A DNA stretch of 10,263 nt from Candidatus Fervidifonticultor quintus. GTDB taxonomy: Bacteria; Sysuimicrobiota; Sysuimicrobiia; Sysuimicrobiales; Humicultoraceae. Both the position numbers and the translations under genes were made by a program. Below, piece after piece: positions 1-8,127 of the stretch (positions within the stretch are counted from its first letter, which is position 1; the number at the start of each line of letters is the position of its first letter). Location: the NCBI GenBank assembly GCA_031459535.1, contig JAVKIJ010000098.1:1-10263 (forward strand). The letters are read 5' to 3'. The notes beneath the pieces were generated by a model. It did not search any database and was not told the DNA's origin. It worked only from the letters and a program-made list of their open reading frames with translations.

Positions 1-90
1 GGCCCAAGAGCTTTCCTGGCCTGGTACTCGCTTCACAAGCAGGTCAGGTCTCATAGCATCTCATCTCGACGCCATTTCCGGGACGGGCTC

Positions 91-984
91 CTAGCGGCGC
101 AGCCCGCGCGCTCGCAGGACCCCAATGAGGCGGTCGGGGTAGTCGGTGATGATCCCGTCGCCGGGGAGCTTTCCAATGCCCGCATCCAGCAGCCGTTCCA
201 TCTCCGCCGGATCGTTGACCGTCCACGGGACGACGGGGATGCCGGCGCGATGGAGGGCGTCAATCACCTCGGCGCCGATCAGCCGGAAGTTCGGGGAGTA
301 GAGGGTGGCACCGGTCTGGCGCACGACCGCCACGGCGTCGGGCGCGATGTGGCTGGCGCGGCGGAGCACGGCCGTGGGGACCGCGGGGCTGAGGATCTTG
401 ACGCGGCCGAGCGACGGGTAGTGGAATGACTGGATGATGACGCGGTCGCTCATCCTCGCCTCGCGGACGAGCTGGAGGATGCGCTCCTCGAAGTCGCCGG
501 GTGGGGGCGCGCTCGCGTCATACTTGGTCTCCAGGTTCAGACGGACCCGGCCGTCGCCCGACGCCACGACCAGCTCCAGCACTTCGCGGAGGGTCGGGAT
601 GCGCTCCCCGGCGAACCGGCTGTGGAACCAGGCCCCCGCGTCGAGGCGCTTGAGTTCGGAGAGAGGCGTCTGCCGGACATACCCGCGGCCGTTGGTGGTA
701 CGCTGGAGCGTCGCATCGTGGATGACCACGATCTCGCCGTCGGCGGAGGCGTGCAGGTCCATCTCGAGGTAGTCCACGCCCAGGGCCAGCGCGCCGCGGA
801 AGGCGGCCAGCGTGTTCTCCGGCGCCAGGCCCGCCCCACCGCGGTGCGCGTGGACGTCCACGGTGAGGGCGGGCGTCGCCCCGGCTCCCAGGGCCAGCGC
901 ACCCAGCATGGCAGCCACGGCCAACAGCAACGCCCGTCGACGGCACGGCGCTCCCGGGATGGGCCAGGTGGTCTGGGGGCTCAC
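91..984 (-). CDS. ugpQ: Glycerophosphodiester phosphodiesterase (GDPD family, UgpQ/GlpQ-like) with a predicted N-terminal signal peptide, ~297 aa
   Basis: GDPD motifs are present in order: HAHRGG, APENTLAAF, LEMDLHASADGEIVVIHD, RTT, ERIPTLREVL, LNLETK, IIQSF, PWTVND, DGIITDYPD. The ORF-track start (1179) lies inside ugpE. I chose the in-frame GTG at 984, which overlaps the ugpE stop as GTGA. The symbol is based on operon position; a secreted GlpQ-type role is also possible. Confidence 0.92.
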   Translation of the reverse strand: MSPQTTWPIPGAPCRRRALLLAVAAMLGALALGAGATPALTVDVHAHRGGAGLAPENTLAAFRGALALGVDYLEMDLHASADGEIVVIHDATLQRTTNGRGYVRQTPLSELKRLDAGAWFHSRFAGERIPTLREVLELVVASGDGRVRLNLETKYDASAPPPGDFEERILQLVREARMSDRVIIQSFHYPSLGRVKILSPAVPTAVLRRASHIAPDAVAVVRQTGATLYSPNFRLIGAEVIDALHRAGIPVVPWTVNDPAEMERLLDAGIGKLPGDGIITDYPDRLIGVLRARGLRR

Positions 985-1874
985 TTCTCGGTCTCGGTCA
1001 GGCCCTTGACGAACCACCGCTGCATCAGCACCACGACGGCCACTGGCGGCAGCATGGCCAGCACCGCGGTGGCCATGATGATCTGCCAGTCGGTCTGCGC
1101 CTCGGCGCTGCCGATCATCTTGGTGATACCGATCACGATGGTGTCCATGCCCCTGCTGGTGGTGATGAGCAGCGGCCACAGGTACTGGTTCCAGCCGTAG
1201 ATGAACAGGATGATGAACAGCGCGGCGATGGTGGTGCTGGACAGCGGCAGCAGGATGCTCCAGAAGAACCGCAGGGGACCTGCGCCGTCCACTTTGGCTG
1301 CGTCCACGAGTTCGTCGGGAACGGTCAGGAAGAACTGCCGGAAGATGAGCGTGGCGGTGGCCGAGGCGATGAGCGGGATCGTCAGGCCCGAGAACGTGTT
1401 GACCATGCCCAGGTCGGAGACCACTTTGTAGGTGGGAATGATCCGGACCTCGACAGGCAGCATCAGTGTGATGAAGATCATCCAGAAGCAGAACATGCGC
1501 AAGGGAAACTGGAAGAAGGCCACGGCAAAGGCCGAGATGACCGAGGTGGCGATCTTGCCGGAGGCCACTACCAGACCCATGATCAGGCTGTTGAGCATCA
1601 TCCGGCTGACCGGGGAGGCTTTCACCCGCTCACCCTGACCGGAGGTCCAGGCCAGCCGGTAGTTCTCAATGGCGTACGGGCCAGGGGTCAGCGGCATTTC
1701 TCCCCGGGCAATGGTCGCCGCGTCGTGGGTCGACCCGATCACGGCCATGTAGACGGGGAAGGCGAAGGCAGCCACGCCGGCGATCAGAATCAGGTGTGCC
1801 AGCCACTGGGGCGACCGCCACCGCATCCGCGCCGGTGCCACGGCTTGGGGACGGGCGAGGGTCGCCTCGCGCAT
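981..1874 (-). CDS. ugpE: sn-glycerol-3-phosphate ABC transporter permease UgpE, 297 aa
   Basis: About 6 hydrophobic segments; EAA loop FLTVPDELVDAAKVDGAGP; UgpE-typical strings FWMIFITLMLPVEVRI, LIASATAT, FIYGWNQYLWPLL and MQRWFVKGL. The ATG overlaps the ugpA stop (TGATG). Confidence 0.95.
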   Translation of the reverse strand: MREATLARPQAVAPARMRWRSPQWLAHLILIAGVAAFAFPVYMAVIGSTHDAATIARGEMPLTPGPYAIENYRLAWTSGQGERVKASPVSRMMLNSLIMGLVVASGKIATSVISAFAVAFFQFPLRMFCFWMIFITLMLPVEVRIIPTYKVVSDLGMVNTFSGLTIPLIASATATLIFRQFFLTVPDELVDAAKVDGAGPLRFFWSILLPLSSTTIAALFIILFIYGWNQYLWPLLITTSRGMDTIVIGITKMIGSAEAQTDWQIIMATAVLAMLPPVAVVVLMQRWFVKGLTETEK

Positions 1875-2755
1875 CAGTAGTATACCCGGCGCTCGACGAA
1901 GCGGAACTGGAGGGCCGTGACCGTGATGACGACCAGCAGCAAAATCACCGACTGCGCCGATGAGCCGCCCAGGTCCAGGTTGATGACACCGTCGACGTAT
2001 ACCTTGTAGACGAGGGTCTCGGTGGCCTTCCCGGGGCCCCCGCGGGTGAGGGAGTGTATCACCCCGAACGTGTCGATGAAGGCATAGATCAGGTTGACAA
2101 CCAGCAGGAAGAACGTGGTGGGCGAGAGCAGCGGAAAGACGACCTTCCAGAACCGCTGGCGGCCTCCGGCGCCATCCACGGCCGCCGCCTCGACTAGCGA
2201 CTTCGGGATGGACTGGAGGCCGGCCAGGAAGAAGATGAAGTTATAGCTCACCTGTTTCCAGGACGCGGCCAGGATGATCAGGAACAACGCCTGGGCGCCG
2301 TTCAGATGGTAGTCCCAGTGCAGGCCCATCTGGTTCAGGGCTCGACCGAGGATGCCGATCGACGGGTGGAAGATGAACAGCCACAGCGCTGCGGCCACGG
2401 CCGGGGCGACGGCGTACGGCCAGAGCAGCAGCGTCTTGTAGACTCCTGCCCCGCGGATCGGTTTATCGGCGGTGACCGCCAGCAGGAGCCCGGCGGCCAT
2501 GGCCAGGAGGATGATGGCAGCCGATGAGAGGACAGTCGTGCGCAGCGCGCCCAGGTAGGACGGATCGCCGAGCACCGTTCTGAAGTTCTCGAGCCAGATA
2601 AAGGTCGTGCGGGTCCCGAACGGGTCCTGGCGCACGACCGACTGCACGATGGCCTGCCCGGCGGGCCAGTAGAAGAACACGAACACGATCACGAGCTGCG
2701 GCGCCAGCAGCAGGTAGGGCAGGACCTTGTTGGGAAAGACCACGCGACGGGTCAT
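1874..2755 (-). CDS. ugpA: sn-glycerol-3-phosphate ABC transporter permease UgpA, 293 aa
   Basis: [57 protein letters not shown] loop [22 protein letters not shown], and [10 protein letters not shown]...[11 protein letters not shown]. Lies directly downstream of ugpB. Confidence 0.95.
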   Translation of the reverse strand: MTRRVVFPNKVLPYLLLAPQLVIVFVFFYWPAGQAIVQSVVRQDPFGTRTTFIWLENFRTVLGDPSYLGALRTTVLSSAAIILLAMAAGLLLAVTADKPIRGAGVYKTLLLWPYAVAPAVAAALWLFIFHPSIGILGRALNQMGLHWDYHLNGAQALFLIILAASWKQVSYNFIFFLAGLQSIPKSLVEAAAVDGAGGRQRFWKVVFPLLSPTTFFLLVVNLIYAFIDTFGVIHSLTRGGPGKATETLVYKVYVDGVINLDLGGSSAQSVILLLVVITVTALQFRFVERRVYY

Positions 2756-2770
2756 GGGCGATCCCGAAGC

Positions 2771-2815
2771 GAAAACCCCTGGCCCTGCCCGGGCTCAGGC
2801 CGCGAGGGCCAGGGG
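2771..2815 (-). terminator. Intra-operon stem-loop with a short U tract between ugpB and ugpA (partial terminator or mRNA stabiliser)
   Basis: Perfect 11-bp inverted repeat: CCCCTGGCCCT (2776-2786) and AGGGCCAGGGG (2805-2815). On the minus strand it is followed immediately by TTTTC (2775-2771), and it begins 25 nt after the ugpB stop. Confidence 0.65.
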
Positions 2816-2840
2816 CCACATGGGTGTGCAGTGTTCGGTC

Positions 2841-4187
2841 TCAATCCTTGACGGTGCGCTCGAACTGCCGCAGCACCTGATTGCCGCGCCGGACCGCGTT
2901 GTCCAGTGCCTCTTTGGCCGACTGCTGCCCCTGGAAGGCCTTCTCCATCTCCTCATAGAGGATGACGCGGATCTGGACCATGTTACCCAGCCGCAGCCCC
3001 ATGGAGTTCTTCGTGGGCGGGGTGCGGGTGAGCTGCTTCATCGGGATGTCGGTCCCGGGGTTCGACTGGTAGTAGCCCATGGCGTTGGCGAGTTGGGCGC
3101 CCGTGAAGGTGATGGGCACGTAGCCCGTGTCCATGTGCCACTTGGCCGTGTTCTCGGGCGTGCTGATGAAGCGGAAGAACTCCGCGATCCCCTTGTACTC
3201 CTCCGCCGTTCGCCTCGGCGAGGTCATGACCCAGAACGCCGCCCCGCCGATGATGGAGTTCTTGGGGGCGCCCTTGACGTCGGGCCAGTAGGGCAGGAAA
3301 CCGACGCCCCAGTCGAACTTCGCCTCGCGGCGCACGCGCGCGAACAGCGCCGAGGACATGGTGTCCATCGCACACTCCCCGGAAGGGAACAGCGAGTCGC
3401 CGGCGCCGTCGCGGCCGCCGTACTTGAACGTGCCTTCCTTCAGCATGTCCACTAGGAACTGCAGGTGCCGCACGTGCAGCGGGCTGTTGACGACCAGCTG
3501 GGCATCGAGACCCTCAAAGCCGTTGGCCTTGGTCGCCAGGGGCACATCGTGGATCGCGCTGAAGTTCTCGATGTGAACCCAGGTCGGCCAGGATGTGGTG
3601 AACCCGCAGGGCGCGGCGTTGGCGGCCCGGATCCGCTGGGCCGCCGCCCTCAGCTCGGGCCAGGTCTTGGGCGGATTGTTGGGGTCGAGGCCCGCTTTCC
3701 TAAAGGCGTCCTTGTTGTACCAGAGGATGGGCGTTGACGTGTTGAACGGCATGGCCGCCATCTTGCCGTCGGCGGTGCTGTAGTAGCTGCGTACCGCCGG
3801 GATGTAGATGCTGGGGTCGAACGGGACGCCGGCTTCCTTCATAAGCTCGTAGACCGGCTTGACGGCGCCCTTGGCGGCCATCATGGTGGCCGTGCCCACC
3901 TCGAACATTTGTACGATATGTGGCGCGTTCCCGGCTCGGAACGCCGCGATGGCCGCCACCATCGTGTCCGCGTAACCTCCCTTGTACGTGGCGTTGACCT
4001 GGTAACGCGTCTGCGAAGCATTGAAGGCCCGGGCGAACTCGTCAATGAAGTCCCCAAGCGGCCGCCCCAACCCGTACCAGAAGTCGATCTGTATACGCTG
4101 CTGTCCCGCAGCCTGGCGAACCATGGGGCCGGCGACGGCGGCGAGCACGAGCGCGATGGTCAGGCCCGCAACGAGCGTGCGTCTCAT
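2841..4187 (-). CDS. ugpB: sn-glycerol-3-phosphate ABC transporter substrate-binding protein UgpB, 448 aa
   Basis: Sec-type signal peptide (MRR, hydrophobic core, no lipobox Cys). UgpB-typical motifs: YKGGY, AAFRAGNAPHIVQMFEVGTATMM, MPFNTSTP, SWPTWVHIENFSAIH, IIGGAAFW, TGYVPIT, GLRLGN. Strong Shine-Dalgarno (SD) site upstream. Confidence 0.95.
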   Translation of the reverse strand: MRRTLVAGLTIALVLAAVAGPMVRQAAGQQRIQIDFWYGLGRPLGDFIDEFARAFNASQTRYQVNATYKGGYADTMVAAIAAFRAGNAPHIVQMFEVGTATMMAAKGAVKPVYELMKEAGVPFDPSIYIPAVRSYYSTADGKMAAMPFNTSTPILWYNKDAFRKAGLDPNNPPKTWPELRAAAQRIRAANAAPCGFTTSWPTWVHIENFSAIHDVPLATKANGFEGLDAQLVVNSPLHVRHLQFLVDMLKEGTFKYGGRDGAGDSLFPSGECAMDTMSSALFARVRREAKFDWGVGFLPYWPDVKGAPKNSIIGGAAFWVMTSPRRTAEEYKGIAEFFRFISTPENTAKWHMDTGYVPITFTGAQLANAMGYYQSNPGTDIPMKQLTRTPPTKNSMGLRLGNMVQIRVILYEEMEKAFQGQQSAKEALDNAVRRGNQVLRQFERTVKD

Positions 4188-4194
4188 GGGAATA

Positions 4195-4202
4195 CCCCCT
4201 CC
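4195..4202 (-). promoter_or_regulatory. Shine-Dalgarno site of ugpB
   Basis: The minus strand reads GGAGGGGG-TATTCCC-ATG, a 7-nt spacer to the ugpB start at 4187. Confidence 0.8.
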
Positions 4203-4223
4203 GCACGGTAACGATGCACTTTG

Positions 4224-4229
4224 ATCTTA
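4224..4229 (-). promoter_or_regulatory. Candidate sigma70-type -10 element (TAAGAT) for the ugp operon
   Basis: TAAGAT lies on the minus strand in an AT-richer patch about 37 nt upstream of the ugpB ATG. There is no good -35 at a 17-nt spacing (ATCCTG). Confidence 0.3.
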
Positions 4230-4365
4230 CTCCAATCCGGCAGCCTCAGGATAGCCCGGCGCGGGATGCCGCGCCCAGGGGCTAGGCCGCGGCCCGACCT
4301 CGTCCAGGGAGGGATAGGGCCGCTGGCCCGATAACTTCACCGGGGGGATCGACAGAGATCGGGCC

Positions 4366-5136
4366 GTGAACGCCGCACCGTTGCTGTTGGCGGAGTGGAC
4401 CCGCGAGGACGCCCGGCGGCTGGCTGCCGGGACGCTGGTCGTCTTTCCCGTGGCCTCCACAGAGCAGCACGGCCCGCACCTGCCGGTCTCCACCGACGCC
4501 ATGAGCGTCGAATACGTGGCCCGGGCCGCCGCTGCCGAGGCAGCGGCGATGGTCCCGGTGGTTGTCGCCCCCACGTTGCCCTTCGGCTCGTCGCATCACC
4601 ATCTGCCGTTCGGCGGCACCATGTCCCTCCAGACGGAGACCTTCTATCGCGTGGTGTCCGAACTGGTAGAGTCGCTGATCACGGGCGGGTTCCGTCGGAT
4701 CTATATCCTCAACGGACACGGCGGGAATCAGGAACTCATTGCGCTCGTGGCCCGCGACCTGGCCCAGCGGCATCCCGTGGCGATCACCGCGGCGTCGTAC
4801 TGGACGGTGGCCTGGGACGCGCTGGTGGCCGCAGGCGCGCACCTGGCGGGCCGGCTTCCGGGACACGCGGGGGCGTACGAGACGGCGCAGGTACTGGCCA
4901 TGCGGCCCGACCTGGTGCGGCAGCCGCTCCCCCATCGCGATGAAGGCGACGAGCCATTCCACACCGACCCCCGGGGATGGCGGGCCGTTCGCCTCGAGCG
5001 CCATGGCTCCTGGCAGGCCCTCAACGGATACACCGATAGTCCCGATCGCGCCACCGCAGAGCGCGGGCAGACCTATCTCGCCGCCGTGGTGCGCGCGGTG
5101 GCCGCGGCGCTGGTGGAATTCTATGGCCGATCCTGA
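4366..5136 (+). CDS. Creatininase-family (creatinine amidohydrolase / MftE / FAPy-deformylase-like) metallo-amidohydrolase, 256 aa
   Basis: Family motifs PVASTEQHGPHLPVSTD, PTLPFGSSHHHLPFGGTMSL, ILNGHGGN, SYW, HAGAYETA and ATAERG. GTG start with a weak SD. Confidence 0.92.
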   Translation: MNAAPLLLAEWTREDARRLAAGTLVVFPVASTEQHGPHLPVSTDAMSVEYVARAAAAEAAAMVPVVVAPTLPFGSSHHHLPFGGTMSLQTETFYRVVSELVESLITGGFRRIYILNGHGGNQELIALVARDLAQRHPVAITAASYWTVAWDALVAAGAHLAGRLPGHAGAYETAQVLAMRPDLVRQPLPHRDEGDEPFHTDPRGWRAVRLERHGSWQALNGYTDSPDRATAERGQTYLAAVVRAVAAALVEFYGRS

Positions 5137-5404
5137 CCGGGTCACGCACCTGGCCAGCCTGTTGCGGGAGGCCGGCGCCGCGCACCACCAGGCCTACCGG
5201 CACGCCGCGGGTCAGGATCCCGAGTGGCCGATCTGGTACGCCAGGTGGCTGTACGAGCGGGTCGGCGGATTCTTCTCGACACCCGTGACGAGGAGCGAGC
5301 TGACCTACCTGCTCGTGGCCGCGGAGCGCGCGCGGGTTGCCACAGACCCCACCGGCGACTGGCCGGCCTTCTACGCGCGGTTCATCCTCGAGCAGCGCCC
5401 GTGA
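5123..5404 (+). CDS. Small hypothetical protein (93 aa) with an internal tandem duplication (LxxLLxxA...WPxxYAR, twice)
   Basis: The ATG at 5123 is in the frame of ORF 4739..5404, is preceded by GGTGGA, and overlaps the creatininase stop by 14 nt. Its own stop overlaps the next GTG. The sequence is protein-like: MADPDRVTHLASLLREAGAAHHQAY...DPEWPIWYARWL...DWPAFYARFILEQRP. Confidence 0.75.
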   Translation: MADPDRVTHLASLLREAGAAHHQAYRHAAGQDPEWPIWYARWLYERVGGFFSTPVTRSELTYLLVAAERARVATDPTGDWPAFYARFILEQRP

Positions 5405-5856
5405 GCCATGACGGCAGGCGCGAGGTGCACGAGTCGGGTTGCCCGGACCCGGAGGGCCTGGTCCGCCGCCAGGTCGACGCGCTGAACCGCCGCGACCTGG
5501 ACGGGTTGGTTGCGTTCTATGCCATCGACGCCGTGCTGGAGATGGCGGCCGGGAGACCGGTCGTCGGCCGCGCGGCCATTCGGCGCGCGTACGAGCGCTA
5601 CATACGGGAGTGGGATGATCAGGTCACGCTGGCGCGCGTCAGCGTGTCCGGCACCACCGTGACCGCCGAGGGGATTGCGACCGGGCGGCACAGGGCGCTT
5701 CGGCTGAACATTCCAGGCCGGATCCCGGTACCGCTGCACCCGTACCGGCATGCGTTCCGTGCGTCCTGGGAGATCCGCGGAGGCAAGATCCGCCGCCACC
5801 GCGTCGAGTACGATCCGGAGGAGCTGGTCCGGCAGTTGCTGGATGTGGACGGGTGA
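5401..5856 (+). CDS. SnoaL-like / NTF2-fold protein, ~151 aa
   Basis: LVRRQVDALNRRDLDGLVAFYAIDAVLE...VVGRAAIRRAY...VTAEGIATGRH...WEIRGGKIRRHRVEYD fits the SnoaL_2/NTF2 pattern. The start is placed at GTG 5401 (GTGA overlap with the upstream stop); GTG 5425 is an alternative. Confidence 0.85.
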   Translation: MSHDGRREVHESGCPDPEGLVRRQVDALNRRDLDGLVAFYAIDAVLEMAAGRPVVGRAAIRRAYERYIREWDDQVTLARVSVSGTTVTAEGIATGRHRALRLNIPGRIPVPLHPYRHAFRASWEIRGGKIRRHRVEYDPEELVRQLLDVDG

Positions 5857-5910
5857 GCGCCGTAGCGGCCGGGCAGGGGGTGTGCCGAGGGTCGCCGAAC
5901 CCCGCTACGC

Positions 5911-6873
<963 letters not shown>

Positions 6874-6903
6874 CGCCTCAGTGCCGGACCGGGGGCGATA
6901 CCG

Positions 6904-8127
6904 GTGTTCTCCCAGACGTGGCTCCTCGTCGGCGGGTTGCTCCTCGCCATCGGGCTGGCGGCCCATGCGGGCGGGCCATTCCTGATCGGTGCCATCGTGC
7001 TGCTGGGCGCCGGCACCTCGTATCTCACCCATCGCTACTGCCTGAGCCGGGTGGAGTTTCGGCGCAGATTCACCCCCAGGCGCGCATTCTACGGTGAGGA
7101 GATCACCCTGGTGCTGGAGATCACCAACCGCAAACCGCTGCCGCTGGCCTGGCTCGAGGTGACCGACGAGTTGCCTGAGGAGATCGTCCCGCGGCGCGGC
7201 CGCCTGATCCCCAGCCTGCGCCAGCGGCGGCAGCACTTGGTGCATCTCTTCTCGCTGCGGTGGTACGAGCGCGTGCGCCGCCGCGTCACCATCACGTGCA
7301 CGGCACGCGGGTGCTTCCCGTTGGGCCCAGCCCGCCTACGTGCCGGGGATCTCTTCGGGATCACGTCCCGGGATCAGACCCTTGAGGATGTACAGTATCT
7401 CATCGTGTACCCGAAAGTCGTCCCGCTGGAGGCGCTGGGCATTCCCGCGCTCCACCCCACTGGCGACTTCAGGGCGCCGCGCCTCATACTGGAGGATCCC
7501 ACGCGAACGGTCGGCGCACGGGACTACCGCACGACGGATCCGCTGCGGCGCGTGCACTGGAAGGCGACGGCGCGCCTGGGTCGGTTGCAGACGCGGCAGT
7601 ACGAACCCACCACGGCGCACCGCCTCGTGCTGTTTCTGAACCTGGACACGCTGGGCGAGTACGCCGAGTACCGAGGGTTCGTGCGGCCCCTGCTGGAGCT
7701 CAACGTCATGACGGCTGCCTCCGCCGCGGCATGGGCGACCGTTCAGCTGTATCCGGTCGGCCTGTTCGCCAACGGCTACCTGCCCGAGGGCCTCCAGCGG
7801 GTCCGGCTGGCCCCGGCCCTGGGCGAGGCACACCTGAGACGTATCCTCGAGGCGCTGGCCAAGGTGTATCCCACGCCGGTCATCCCGCTGGGAGACCTCA
7901 TGCTGCTCGAGGCGGCCGGCTTGCCGTGGGGCTCCACGTCGGTGGTGATCACGGCGGTCGTTGATCCGCCGCTGCTGGCGGGCATCGCGGGTCTGCGGGA
8001 TGCCGGTTGTGCGGTGGTCCTGGTGCTCGTCGGCGATCGCGTGCGCGACCCGGGCCTCGGGATCCCGACCTATCGGGTTGCGGGTGAGGTGGGCTGGCGT
8101 GCGATGGACGAGATCCGCCTGGTCTGA
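6904..8127 (+). CDS. DUF58 domain protein (COG1721-like, vWA-related) with an N-terminal membrane anchor, 407 aa
   Basis: Two N-terminal hydrophobic segments; RG.FPLGP..L..GDLFG; LIVYPK; the DUF58 signature GARDYRTTDPLRRVHWKATARLGRLQTRQYE. Sits directly after moxR, with a GGGGG SD before the GTG. Confidence 0.92.
   Translation: MFSQTWLLVGGLLLAIGLAAHAGGPFLIGAIVLLGAGTSYLTHRYCLSRVEFRRRFTPRRAFYGEEITLVLEITNRKPLPLAWLEVTDELPEEIVPRRGRLIPSLRQRRQHLVHLFSLRWYERVRRRVTITCTARGCFPLGPARLRAGDLFGITSRDQTLEDVQYLIVYPKVVPLEALGIPALHPTGDFRAPRLILEDPTRTVGARDYRTTDPLRRVHWKATARLGRLQTRQYEPTTAHRLVLFLNLDTLGEYAEYRGFVRPLLELNVMTAASAAAWATVQLYPVGLFANGYLPEGLQRVRLAPALGEAHLRRILEALAKVYPTPVIPLGDLMLLEAAGLPWGSTSVVITAVVDPPLLAGIAGLRDAGCAVVLVLVGDRVRDPGLGIPTYRVAGEVGWRAMDEIRLV

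Noticed and set aside
1..54. Possible minus-strand gene start at ATG 54 (MRPDLLVKRVPGQESSWA...), or the end of a plus-strand gene
   Set aside because: Only 18 codons are visible, with no convincing SD and no recognisable motif. It does not resemble UgpC.
985..1179. His/Arg-rich N-terminal extension of the GDPD in the ORF track (MAAAHHHQQGHGHH...)
   Set aside because: It is an off-frame reading of the ugpE 3' end. The GTG at 984 overlapping the ugpE stop is a better start.
4299..4350. Resemblance to the 5' half of a SAM-I riboswitch (CTCGTCCAGGG...AGGG...TGGCCCGAT)
   Set aside because: The conserved AUC-AGA, GCAACC and GGUGC elements and a P1 partner are missing. The similarity is probably chance in GC-rich DNA; cmscan would settle it.
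4188..4365. Pho box upstream of ugpB
   Set aside because: I found no CTGTCA-type 11-bp-spaced direct repeats on either strand, so phosphate regulation cannot be supported.
4366..5136. Mycofactocin (mftE) or other RiPP cluster
   Set aside because: There is no mftA-like precursor, RRE protein, radical SAM enzyme or glycosyltransferase in the window.
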